Source of the DNA: Steroidobacter denitrificans | GTDB lineage: Bacteria > Pseudomonadota > Gammaproteobacteria > Steroidobacterales > Steroidobacteraceae | DNA length: 64,000 nucleotides | Assembly (NCBI GenBank): GCA_040395055.1 | Contig: JBEBRC010000001.1 | Coordinates: forward strand, 4,542 to 68,541 | Direction of reading: 5' to 3' | Shown here: one piece after another, positions 18,948 through 27,254 of the stretch | Layout of the letters: every line of letters starts with the position of its first letter | How positions within the stretch are numbered: position 1 is the first letter of the stretch | Program-made: the position numbers and the translations under genes | Notes under the pieces: model-generated | Seen by the model: the letters and a program-made list of their open reading frames with translations, nothing else | Told to the model about the DNA's origin: nothing | Database searches by the model: none

Positions 18948-19621
18948 CCGCGGCCGCTGCCGTCGTCCTGCCCGGTTGCGCGTGGATCGGCAGCGATCGC
19001 ACCGACGCGCCGCCGCAGTCCGTCCCCCCCGTATCGACGCCGGCCGGAACCGGCGAGCCCGCCGAGCGCTCGGTCATCGAGCCGCAGGTCGAGCGCCGCG
19101 AGATCCGGCGCGCGCGCATCGACACGGAAGATTTCGAAATCGGCGCATATGCCGGCATCCTCAGCATCGAGGACTTCGAGAGCAATGTCGTGTACGGCGC
19201 GCGCCTCGCCTATCACCTGACCGAGGATTTTTTCCTGGAGGCAACGCTGGGCCGTTCGCGGGCCGGACGCAGCAGCTACGAGAAACTATCCGGCTCCGCG
19301 CAACTGCTCAGCGACAGCGAGCGCGACTACACCTACTACGCGCTCTCGGCTGGATGGAATGCCCTGCCGGGGGAGATCTTCGTCGGCAAGAACCGTTCCT
19401 ACAATTCGGCGTTCTATCTGCTGGCCGGTCTGGGAAGTACCCGCTTCGCTGGTGACGACCGTTTCACGGTCAGCGGCGGATTCGGCTACCGCGTCCTGCC
19501 TGCCGACTGGATCGCCGTGCACTTCGACGTGCGCGACCATGTATACGACATAGATCTGCTGGGCGAGAAGAAGATCGTCAATAATTTAGAAGCGCATCTC
19601 GGACTGTCGTTTTTCTTCTGA
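18914..19621 (+). CDS. Outer-membrane beta-barrel lipoprotein
   Basis: Lipobox VVLPGC. Alternating amphipathic strands. C-terminus ...LEAHLGLSFFF. Overlaps the upstream gene by 34 nt. Confidence 0.7.
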   Translation: MEVSRVRLLFLTAAAAVVLPGCAWIGSDRTDAPPQSVPPVSTPAGTGEPAERSVIEPQVERREIRRARIDTEDFEIGAYAGILSIEDFESNVVYGARLAYHLTEDFFLEATLGRSRAGRSSYEKLSGSAQLLSDSERDYTYYALSAGWNALPGEIFVGKNRSYNSAFYLLAGLGSTRFAGDDRFTVSGGFGYRVLPADWIAVHFDVRDHVYDIDLLGEKKIVNNLEAHLGLSFFF

Positions 19622-19626
19622 GCACC

Positions 19627-20169
19627 ATGCATCCTGGACCACCCTGGCTACAGGCATCTCGAACCATGCTGCTGCGAAACCTCGATCGTTGGCTCCGAAT
19701 CTGCGCACTGTCCGCTGCGCTGGCGATGTCGTCGCTGGTCGGCGCCAGCACCTCCAGCGCACCCAACTTCACGCTGCCCGCACGCGAGGGCGGGCAGATA
19801 TCGCTGGAGCAGCTCAAGGGCCAGGTAGTGATGCTCAATTTCTGGGCCAGCTGGTGCGGTCCCTGCCGCCAGGAGATGCCCTTGCTGGATACGATGTACC
19901 AGCGCTACAGCGCCCTGGGATTCACCCTGCTGGGCGTGAATGTCGAGGCAGACACCCAGGATGCCGAGCGCTGGCTCGCCCAGACACCTGTCTCTTTTCC
20001 GGTACTGTTCGACAAGGACAGCCAAGTGAGCAAACTGTACGACGTCAGTGCCATGCCCAGCACCGTATTCATCGATCGCAAGGGCAACGTGCGTTATCTG
20101 CACCGCGGCTACAAGCCTGGCGACGAAGGCGAGTACTTGAACCAGATTCGCGCATTGCTGAAAGAGTGA
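19627..20169 (+). CDS. TlpA/ResA-family periplasmic thiol:disulfide oxidoreductase
   Basis: Signal or anchor segment, then VVMLNFWASWCGPCRQEMP (WCGPC active site) and the AMPSTVFIDRKG cis-Pro loop. The start may be the internal Met at 19666. Confidence 0.85.
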   Translation: MHPGPPWLQASRTMLLRNLDRWLRICALSAALAMSSLVGASTSSAPNFTLPAREGGQISLEQLKGQVVMLNFWASWCGPCRQEMPLLDTMYQRYSALGFTLLGVNVEADTQDAERWLAQTPVSFPVLFDKDSQVSKLYDVSAMPSTVFIDRKGNVRYLHRGYKPGDEGEYLNQIRALLKE

Positions 20170-20251
20170 GGCCCCTGTGACCGCTCCGATTATCGAGGAT
20201 TGCAGCCGGACGCGCAGCGCGGCAAACCATGCGGCGAGACCCGGTACCCGG

Positions 20252-20494
20252 ATGCGCGCACGGGCGCGCGGCGTTCTTTCCGCGCTGGCCCTGGCCACCG
20301 CCGCCCTGGGTAGCGGCGGCTGCGGCAACATCGAACCCTGGGTCAAGCCTTACGAACGCCAGGCACTTGCCGATCCGATCATGTCGCTGGATCGCAATCC
20401 GGTTTCGACGGCATACATGCAGCACGTATTCGAAGCGCGCGAAGGCGCACGCGGCGCGCGCGGCAGTGCGGGCGGCGGTTGCGGCTGCAACTGA
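20252..20494 (+). CDS. DUF4266-like small lipoprotein
   Basis: Lipobox ALGSGGC. WVKPYERQALADPIMSLDRNP core. Characteristic C-terminus GGGCGCN (family assignment from memory). An alternative GTG start lies at 20177. Confidence 0.75.
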   Translation: MRARARGVLSALALATAALGSGGCGNIEPWVKPYERQALADPIMSLDRNPVSTAYMQHVFEAREGARGARGSAGGGCGCN

Positions 20495-21750
20495 TGCGTG
20501 ACCCAGGCATGAGCAAGGCGCCCGTGGCCCCCGTGGCCAGTGCCGCACACCGCGGCGGTGCTCGAGGAGCATTCACGCTGGCATGGCTCGCGCCCATTTT
20601 CCTTGCAACCGGGTTCGCGGCCGCCCATGCCGGCGTATTGGCCGAAGATCGCGCCGACGTTCTCTATCATCGCTACCAGGGCGGCGGCGTTACGATTCAC
20701 GGGCCCTCGGTGCTGGTACGCAAGAAAATGGCGGAAAAATATGCCGTCAGCGCCAACTACTACACCGACATGGTCACCAGCGCCTCCATTGACGTCGAAG
20801 TCAGCGGTGCCAGCGAATACAAGGAGCAGCGCGATCAGTACAGCCTCGGCTTGGAGTATCTTCGCGGCAAGACCATTTACAGCCTGGGCTACAGCAACAG
20901 CAAGGAAAACGATTACCAGGCCGAAACCGCCTCCTTCGGCATCAGTCAGGATTTGTTTGGCGATCTGACGACGATCACCATGGGTTTTTCGAAAGGATCG
21001 GATACGGTGCGCAAGCGAGACACGATCACCGACCGCGTCGATCCGAATTTCAACGAACCCATCGATCGCTGGAACTACCGGGTCGGCGTTTCGCAAGTCA
21101 TGACCAAGACCTTGATCATGGTCCTGGACCTGGAGGTCATCACGGACGAGGGCTACCTCAACAATCCGTATCGCTCGTACCGCTATATCAATCCAAGCGA
21201 CGAGCGATTGTTCGCGCTCGATGCGGAGGTTTATCCGCGCACTCGAACCAGCAACGCGGTGGCGCTGAATGCTCGCTATTTCCTGCCCTACCGCGCTGCC
21301 TTGCACGGCGGTTATCGCTTCTTTACCGATACCTGGGGTATCGGCTCCAATACCTTCGAGCTGGGGTACACTCATCCGCTGGGAAAGGAATGGATCTTCG
21401 AGGCGAGCTATCGCCACTACACCCAGGACCGCGCCGACTTCTATAGCGATTTGTTCGAGCGGCGCGACGAACAGAATTTCATGGCGCGCGACAAGGAGCT
21501 CTCGACCTTCAGCAGCCAGACGTTCAGAATCGGCGCCAGCTATGAATTCGCCTCCACCGGATGGCGCTTCGTGAAGAAAGGCACCGTCAATATCTTTTAC
21601 GACCGTATCGAGTTCGACTACGAGGACTTCCGGGATGCTCGCTACTCGTTGCTGCCAGCGACCGATCCGCGCTTCCGTCCAGTCGGCTCGGAACCGTTCT
21701 ACGCTTTCGGCGCCAACGTATTCCAGGCATTCGTTTCGATCTGGTTCTGA
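20494..21750 (+). CDS. DUF3570-like outer-membrane protein
   Basis: ATG at 20494 overlaps the DUF4266 TGA (TGATG); an alternative ATG lies at 20509. Signal peptide ...GFAAAHA. Motifs ADVLYHRYQGGGVTIHGPSVLVRKK and VSANYYTDMVTSASIDV. C-terminus ...AFVSIWF. Confidence 0.75.
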   Translation: MRDPGMSKAPVAPVASAAHRGGARGAFTLAWLAPIFLATGFAAAHAGVLAEDRADVLYHRYQGGGVTIHGPSVLVRKKMAEKYAVSANYYTDMVTSASIDVEVSGASEYKEQRDQYSLGLEYLRGKTIYSLGYSNSKENDYQAETASFGISQDLFGDLTTITMGFSKGSDTVRKRDTITDRVDPNFNEPIDRWNYRVGVSQVMTKTLIMVLDLEVITDEGYLNNPYRSYRYINPSDERLFALDAEVYPRTRTSNAVALNARYFLPYRAALHGGYRFFTDTWGIGSNTFELGYTHPLGKEWIFEASYRHYTQDRADFYSDLFERRDEQNFMARDKELSTFSSQTFRIGASYEFASTGWRFVKKGTVNIFYDRIEFDYEDFRDARYSLLPATDPRFRPVGSEPFYAFGANVFQAFVSIWF

Positions 21751-21771
21751 ACCAGAAGAACCCTCGCCGGC

Positions 21772-22752
21772 ATGAGGCGGCGCGCCAGCGGCGGCATCGC
21801 AGTGGGCACGGTGTGTCTGCTGGCCTCTGGCGGCGGCGCACTTGCCTCCCCCGCACTTCCCACCCGGGACCAGAATCCTCTGCTCGCGGGGTTCGGGTTG
21901 CCCATGCCATTCCCCTCGCGCCCGGTCCGCGATGCGGAGGTCCTGTCGATCGACCTGAACTGGAGCAATACCGCACTCGCCCAGACGGACGGATCGCAGT
22001 ACCTGCTGGTCGATGCCGAGACGCGCGAGCTGCGGCTCACCTATCGCGGATCGTTGACGAAACATCTCGCCTTCGGGCTGCAAATCCCTTACCGGTATAC
22101 CGGCGCCGGCGTGCTCGATGGCTTCATCGATGGTTGGCATGACGCCTTCGGGCTGCCGCAGGGAGTCCGCCCGGCGCTGGCGAGAGATCGCATCCGTATC
22201 CGGTACTCGCGCGACGCCACGCAGCGTATCGATGTCGAGACTTCCGCCCAGGGACTGGGCGATGTCTCGGCCGATGTCGGCTATGGCCTGGTCGATACGG
22301 CCTCCTCCTCCGCCATGGCCTGGCTTAGCCTCAAGTTGCCGACGGGGCAAACCGGCCGTCTGGCGGGAAGCGGTGCCGCCGACGTCACGCTGGCCGTGGC
22401 GGCCGAACATCGCTGGGATGCACGATGGTCCGCCTACGCGCAGATCGGCGTGACCTGGCTTGGGGAAGGCGACTTGCTCCCGGATCAGCAGCGCAACCTG
22501 GTCTGGAGCGGCCTGGCCGGGATGAGCTGGCGCATCGGGCCTCGACTGGCGCTCAAGGCCCAGGCGGACGCCCACTCCGCCGCTTTCACGGGCACGCGGC
22601 TGGATATGCTCGGCGAGGCACTCATTCTGAGTATCGGTGCCGACTATCGATTCGCCTCGGGGTGGCAATTGGACCTGGGCTTTAGCGAAGACGTCGCGGT
22701 CGAAGCGTCGCCCGACATCGTATTCATCGTCGGCGTGCGCCGATCGCTGTAG
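21772..22752 (+). CDS. DUF3187-like outer-membrane protein
   Basis: Signal peptide. LPTRDQNPLLAGFGLPMP start. Barrel-like repeats. C-terminal ...FSEDVAVEASPDIVFIVGV. Family assignment from memory. Confidence 0.6.
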   Translation: MRRRASGGIAVGTVCLLASGGGALASPALPTRDQNPLLAGFGLPMPFPSRPVRDAEVLSIDLNWSNTALAQTDGSQYLLVDAETRELRLTYRGSLTKHLAFGLQIPYRYTGAGVLDGFIDGWHDAFGLPQGVRPALARDRIRIRYSRDATQRIDVETSAQGLGDVSADVGYGLVDTASSSAMAWLSLKLPTGQTGRLAGSGAADVTLAVAAEHRWDARWSAYAQIGVTWLGEGDLLPDQQRNLVWSGLAGMSWRIGPRLALKAQADAHSAAFTGTRLDMLGEALILSIGADYRFASGWQLDLGFSEDVAVEASPDIVFIVGVRRSL

Positions 22753-22857
22753 CGCGCGGCCTCAGCGCCCTGCGGCCGCCCGGGAGGCGGGAAGCATGAG
22801 TTCTTGCACGCCTCGCCAGCGGTCGATCGACCCGAGCGACTAAAAGCTAGCGGTTTT

Positions 22858-22873
22858 ACACATATATATGTGT
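22858..22873. promoter_or_regulatory. Perfect 16-bp AT-rich palindrome ACACATATATATGTGT upstream of the cytochrome bd operon; candidate operator or promoter element
   Basis: Read directly. It is the only strongly AT-rich patch in the 22753-23018 intergenic region, about 145 nt upstream of the ATG at 23019. Confidence 0.3.
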
Positions 22874-23018
22874 GCTGCCTGCATGGGCATAATCCGCTGG
22901 TGTCCGGATTCATTCAGCGAGGCCGCTGCTGGATGGCTTCTTCCCTCGCGATGCGGCGACCGCAGGGTGGCGAGCTCGGACCTGGCGCGCGACCGCCCCC
23001 ATCGTTTCCGAGAAGCCA

Positions 23019-24455
23019 ATGCTTGGACTGACAGCACTCGAGCTCGCGCGGATACAGTTCGGCTTCACGATATCGTTTCACATCATATTCCCGGCCATCA
23101 CGATCGGCCTGGCGAGCTATCTCGCCGTCCTTGAAGGTCTGTGGCTGTGGAAAAAGGAGACGGTGTATCGCGATCTCTATCATTTCTGGTCCAAGATCTT
23201 TGCCGTCAATTTCGCCATGGGTGTCGTCTCCGGGCTGGTCATGGCCTACCAGTTCGGCACCAATTGGAGTTATTTCTCGGCCTTCGCCGGTTCCATCACC
23301 GGACCGCTGCTTGCCTATGAGGTGTTGACCGCCTTCTTTCTCGAAGCCGGATTCCTCGGCGTCATGCTGTTCGGATGGAACCGGGTGGGTCCGGGCCTGC
23401 ACTTCTTTTCCACCATCATGGTCGCGCTTGGCACGCTCATCTCCGCCACCTGGATCCTTGCTTCGAACAGCTGGATGCACACCCCTCAGGGTTTCGAAAT
23501 CATCGACAACGTCGTGGTGCCGGTGAATTGGCTGCAAGTGATCTTCAATCCCTCGTTCCCGTACCGGCTGGCGCACATGACCGTCGCCGCATTCCTCGCC
23601 ACCGCAGCCTTCGTCGGGGCCTCCGCGGCATGGCATCTGCTGCGCGGCAACGACAACGACCGCATCCGCACCATGCTCTCCATGGCGATGTGGATGCTGC
23701 TGCTGGTGGCGCCCGTCCAGGTCTTGATCGGCGACCTGCATGGCCTGAACACGCTGCAGCACCAGCCGGCCAAGATCGCAGCGATAGAAGGCCACTGGGA
23801 AAACAAGCCCGGCGAGGGCGTACCGCTGATCCTGTTCGGTTGGCCCGACATGAAAGAGGAAACGACACGCTACAAAATCGAGATCCCCAAGCTGGGCAGC
23901 TATATCCTCACTCGCGATTGGAACGGCCAGTTTCCCGCCCTCAAGGAGTTTGCCGCCGAGGATCGCCCCAATTCGACGGTGGTGTTCTGGAGCTTTCGCA
24001 TCATGGTCGGGCTGGGAGCGCTGATGCTGCTGCTCGGCGCCTGGGGAGCGTGGCTGCGCTGGCGCGGCGCGCTCTACCGGCAGCGGCATTTCCTGCACTT
24101 CGCCGCCTGGATGGGACCGTCGGGCCTGATCGCCATTCTCGCCGGCTGGTATACGACCGAAATCGGCCGCCAGCCCTGGATCGTGCACGGCGTCATGCGT
24201 ACCAAGGATGCCGTGTCGGGTCATTCGGTGCTGACGATGAGCGTCACCCTGCTGGTATTCATCGTTGCCTATTTCATCGTCTTCGGCATCGGCGCGCGTT
24301 ACATGCTCAGGCTGGTCGGCGAGGGGCCACAGGTCGCGCCGGACGAACCGCCGGATGCCGATTCGCGACCGCATCACCGGCCGGCAAGGCCGCTGTCGGC
24401 CGCGCCCGATCACGTCGGTGCGCACGGGTCGCCCACGGGCGAGCAGGGAGGATGA
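23019..24455 (+). CDS. cydA: Cytochrome bd-type ubiquinol oxidase subunit I (short Q-loop, CioA-like)
   Basis: MLGLTALELARIQFGFTISFHIIFPAITIGLASYLAVLEG... and GWYTTEIGRQPWIVHGVMRTKDAVS signatures. 478 aa. Confidence 0.93.
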   Translation: MLGLTALELARIQFGFTISFHIIFPAITIGLASYLAVLEGLWLWKKETVYRDLYHFWSKIFAVNFAMGVVSGLVMAYQFGTNWSYFSAFAGSITGPLLAYEVLTAFFLEAGFLGVMLFGWNRVGPGLHFFSTIMVALGTLISATWILASNSWMHTPQGFEIIDNVVVPVNWLQVIFNPSFPYRLAHMTVAAFLATAAFVGASAAWHLLRGNDNDRIRTMLSMAMWMLLLVAPVQVLIGDLHGLNTLQHQPAKIAAIEGHWENKPGEGVPLILFGWPDMKEETTRYKIEIPKLGSYILTRDWNGQFPALKEFAAEDRPNSTVVFWSFRIMVGLGALMLLLGAWGAWLRWRGALYRQRHFLHFAAWMGPSGLIAILAGWYTTEIGRQPWIVHGVMRTKDAVSGHSVLTMSVTLLVFIVAYFIVFGIGARYMLRLVGEGPQVAPDEPPDADSRPHHRPARPLSAAPDHVGAHGSPTGEQGG

Positions 24456-24458
24456 GGG

Positions 24459-25466
24459 ATGGGCATCGATCTGCCAGTGGTCTGGATTCTCATCATCGCC
24501 TTCGGCCTGATGATGTACGTCGTCATGGATGGCTTCGATCTCGGCATCGGCATCCTGTTTGCGTTCGTGCACGGACGCGACGACCGCGACGTAATGGTCA
24601 ACACCGTCGCTCCGGTCTGGGATGGAAACGAAACCTGGCTGGTGCTTGGCGGCGCGGCGCTGATGGCCGCATTTCCGCTCGCCTATTCAGTGGTGCTCAC
24701 CGCCCTCTATCTGCCGCTCGCGGCGATGCTGCTGGGCCTGATCTGGCGCGGCGTCGCCTTCGAGTTCCGCTTCAAGTCGGACGAGCATCACAAGCCGTTC
24801 TGGGACAAAGCCTTCATCGGCGGCTCCTATCTGGCAACCTTCTCCCAGGGCGTGACATTGGGTGCATTCCTCAACGGCTTCGAGACCGACGGCCCGCACT
24901 ATCTCGGAGGCGCTCTGGACTGGATCACGCCATTCAGCCTGTTTACCGGCCTGGGCCTGATCGTCGCCTATGCGCTGCTCGGCTCGACATGGCTGATCAT
25001 CAAGACCGAGGGCGATCTGCGCCAGCGCATGATACGACTGGCGCGGCCCACGGCCCTGACGCTGCTGGCCGTGATCGGCATCGTCAGCCTGTGGACGCCG
25101 TTGCAGCATCCCGACATCGCTGCCCGCTGGTTCACACTGCCGAACATCGTCGTCTTCTCGCCGGTACCCATCCTGGTCCTGGTCACGACCTGGGCGATCC
25201 TCAGGTCCCTGCGGCGGGATCCGCATTCAGCGCCGTTCCTGCTGGCGCTGTGCCTGCTCTTCCTGGGCTACAGCGGCCTTTGCATCAGCCTGTGGCCGAA
25301 CATCATTCCGCCGCACATCTCGATACGCGAGGCGGCCGCGCCGCCACAAAGCATGGGCTTTACCCTGGTCGGCGCGCTGTTCATCATACCGATCATCCTC
25401 GCCTACACCGCATGGTCGTACTACGTGTTCCGCGGCAAGGTCAGGGTCGGCGAGGGATATCATTGA
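24459..25466 (+). CDS. cydB: Cytochrome bd-type ubiquinol oxidase subunit II
   Basis: Starts 3 nt after the cydA stop. LPVVWILIIAFGLMMYVVMDGFDLGIGILF...VAPVWDGNETWLVLGG signature. Confidence 0.93.
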   Translation: MGIDLPVVWILIIAFGLMMYVVMDGFDLGIGILFAFVHGRDDRDVMVNTVAPVWDGNETWLVLGGAALMAAFPLAYSVVLTALYLPLAAMLLGLIWRGVAFEFRFKSDEHHKPFWDKAFIGGSYLATFSQGVTLGAFLNGFETDGPHYLGGALDWITPFSLFTGLGLIVAYALLGSTWLIIKTEGDLRQRMIRLARPTALTLLAVIGIVSLWTPLQHPDIAARWFTLPNIVVFSPVPILVLVTTWAILRSLRRDPHSAPFLLALCLLFLGYSGLCISLWPNIIPPHISIREAAAPPQSMGFTLVGALFIIPIILAYTAWSYYVFRGKVRVGEGYH

Positions 25467-25483
25467 AAGTGCGACAAGTGCCG

Positions 25484-25627
25484 ATGAGCGTTGCCTCCGG
25501 CGCGCCGAAGTCATGGCTCAAACGCTTTGGCTGGCTGGCGCTGATCTGGGTTCTTGGCGTCGCGGCGCTGGGCATCGTAGCGGTAATCTTTCGCCTGCTG
25601 ATGAATGCCGCCGGACTGACGGCCTGA
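25484..25627 (+). CDS. DUF2474-like small membrane peptide (47 aa) linked to cioAB-type operons
   Basis: Immediately downstream of cydB. One TM segment (WLKRFGWLALIWVLGVAALGIVAVIFRLLM). It appears in the track only as the tail of a long shadow ORF. A GTG at 25469 is an alternative start. Confidence 0.6.
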   Translation: MSVASGAPKSWLKRFGWLALIWVLGVAALGIVAVIFRLLMNAAGLTA

Positions 25628-25708
25628 GCAGGGTTGCCGCACCAGGCGACGCGCTGCGGCAGACGTAGCCGCGCATGCATCCACCCCGAGCGCGCTTGCG
25701 GCAGCCGG

Positions 25709-27208
25709 CTACAGCGCTCGCTCGATCGTCTCGCACACGGTGCGCAGTACCGCCAGGCGCGCATGATGCTTGTTGTCGGCGGCGACTACCGTCCAGCGTG
25801 CATCGTCCGCATGCGTGCGCTGGATCATGTGCGCGGCGGCAGCCTGATAGTCGCCATAGAAGCGACGATTCACCCAGTCCTCCGGGTCGACCTTGAAGCG
25901 CTTAAGAGGATCCTCATCCCGTTCCTTCAAACGCACCAGCTGCTCGCGCTTGCTGACGCCGAGCCAGAATTTCGCGACCATGCACCCGCTCTGGGTCAAT
26001 TGCCTTTCGAATTCCACGATTTCCGCATACGCCCGCTGCCAGTCGGCTTGCGCCGCCAGGCCGCGTACGCGTTCGACCAGGACGCGGCCATACCAGCTGC
26101 GATCGAAGATGGCGATATCCGCGCGCTCCGGCAGGAAGCGCCAGAATCGCCACAGATACGGATAGGCGCGTTCTTGCGGCGTCGGCGCCGAGATGGGAAC
26201 GACCTGATACTGGCGTGCATCCAGCGCATGGGTCAGGCGGCGAATCGCACCACCCTTGCCTGCCGCGTCCAGCCCTTCGAAAGCCAGCACCAGCGACCGC
26301 TTGCGAAACTTCGGACGCCGCACGAGCAAGGCCAGTCGACCCTGGAGGCGTTCCAGTTCGCGCTGATATTCCGCCGGCGGCACATCGGGAGATGAATACT
26401 GTGCCAGTCCCAGGGCACGCAGCGACGACGCGGACACCTCCACCGTGGCTTTCTGCGCCGGCCGGGTCAGCGCGGGCCGTGCCTCGGGCGCGGCCGATCT
26501 CAATCCCTCCAGCAATTCATTGCGCAGGATCTCGCCGACGCGCAACAGCCGATACGCCTCATCGTGCGCCGCAATCGAATGCCAGGGCGCCGACGCATGA
26601 TCGGTCGCGTTCAAGCAGCGCTGCGTGGCTTTCTCGACGCGCTTGTAGTGTTGCGCCAGCCAGCGCTCCTCGGGCGTGACCCGCCAGCGGGTCAGTCTGT
26701 TCGACAGCAGTCGCGACAGTCGTGCGCGCTGCGTCTTGGCATCGATGTGCAGATGGATTTTCACGACCCGCACCTGATCCGCCGCGAGCATGGTCTCCAA
26801 AGCGCGGATCCGCTCCACCATGCGCTGTTCATGCCGGCGCAGCTGCCGTGGCTTGTGCAACGCGTAGCGCAGGTAATCGTTGTACCAGGCGGCGAAATAG
26901 AATGCGATCCGGCCGCGCGCCGGCAAGGTCTGCCAGTAGCGCCACATGACGGGATGCTGCTTGTCCTTCCAGTCCGGCTCGTCGAAGGCATGGACCGTGA
27001 CGAACTTCGGATCGAGCCACTCCAGCAACTCGTTGATCGTTTCGCTGCGTCCGGCAGCGGGGGTACCGCTGATGATCAGCGCCAGGGAGAACGCCCCGGC
27101 TGTGCGCAGCTGTGTCTGCGCAGCCAGCAGCTCATCGCGCAGGAGCGGCTCAAGGTGCTTGAGCTCGGCTTTGCCGATCTTGTGCTCTTGCGGGGGTTGA
27201 TCCGGCAT
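25709..27208 (-). CDS. ppk2: Two-domain polyphosphate kinase 2 family protein (polyphosphate:AMP/NMP phosphotransferase-like)
   Basis: Two tandem PPK2 domains, each with a P-loop-like segment (ISGTPAAGRSE; FEGLDAAGKGG) and WRYWQTLP / LWRFWRFLP motifs. 499 aa. Confidence 0.88.
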   Translation of the reverse strand: MPDQPPQEHKIGKAELKHLEPLLRDELLAAQTQLRTAGAFSLALIISGTPAAGRSETINELLEWLDPKFVTVHAFDEPDWKDKQHPVMWRYWQTLPARGRIAFYFAAWYNDYLRYALHKPRQLRRHEQRMVERIRALETMLAADQVRVVKIHLHIDAKTQRARLSRLLSNRLTRWRVTPEERWLAQHYKRVEKATQRCLNATDHASAPWHSIAAHDEAYRLLRVGEILRNELLEGLRSAAPEARPALTRPAQKATVEVSASSLRALGLAQYSSPDVPPAEYQRELERLQGRLALLVRRPKFRKRSLVLAFEGLDAAGKGGAIRRLTHALDARQYQVVPISAPTPQERAYPYLWRFWRFLPERADIAIFDRSWYGRVLVERVRGLAAQADWQRAYAEIVEFERQLTQSGCMVAKFWLGVSKREQLVRLKERDEDPLKRFKVDPEDWVNRRFYGDYQAAAAHMIQRTHADDARWTVVAADNKHHARLAVLRTVCETIERAL

Positions 27209-27254
27209 GGCTGGCGGCGATCTGCCTGTGACGACCGTCCTATACCTTACGCGA

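Noticed and set aside
20780-20830. The VSGAS segment (IDVEVSGASEYK) in the DUF3570-like protein, considered as an ApbE flavinylation site.
   Set aside because: Its spacing relative to the Asp differs from the Dxx(S/T)GA(S/T) consensus, and the protein is predicted to be an outer-membrane barrel. The resemblance is too weak to claim.
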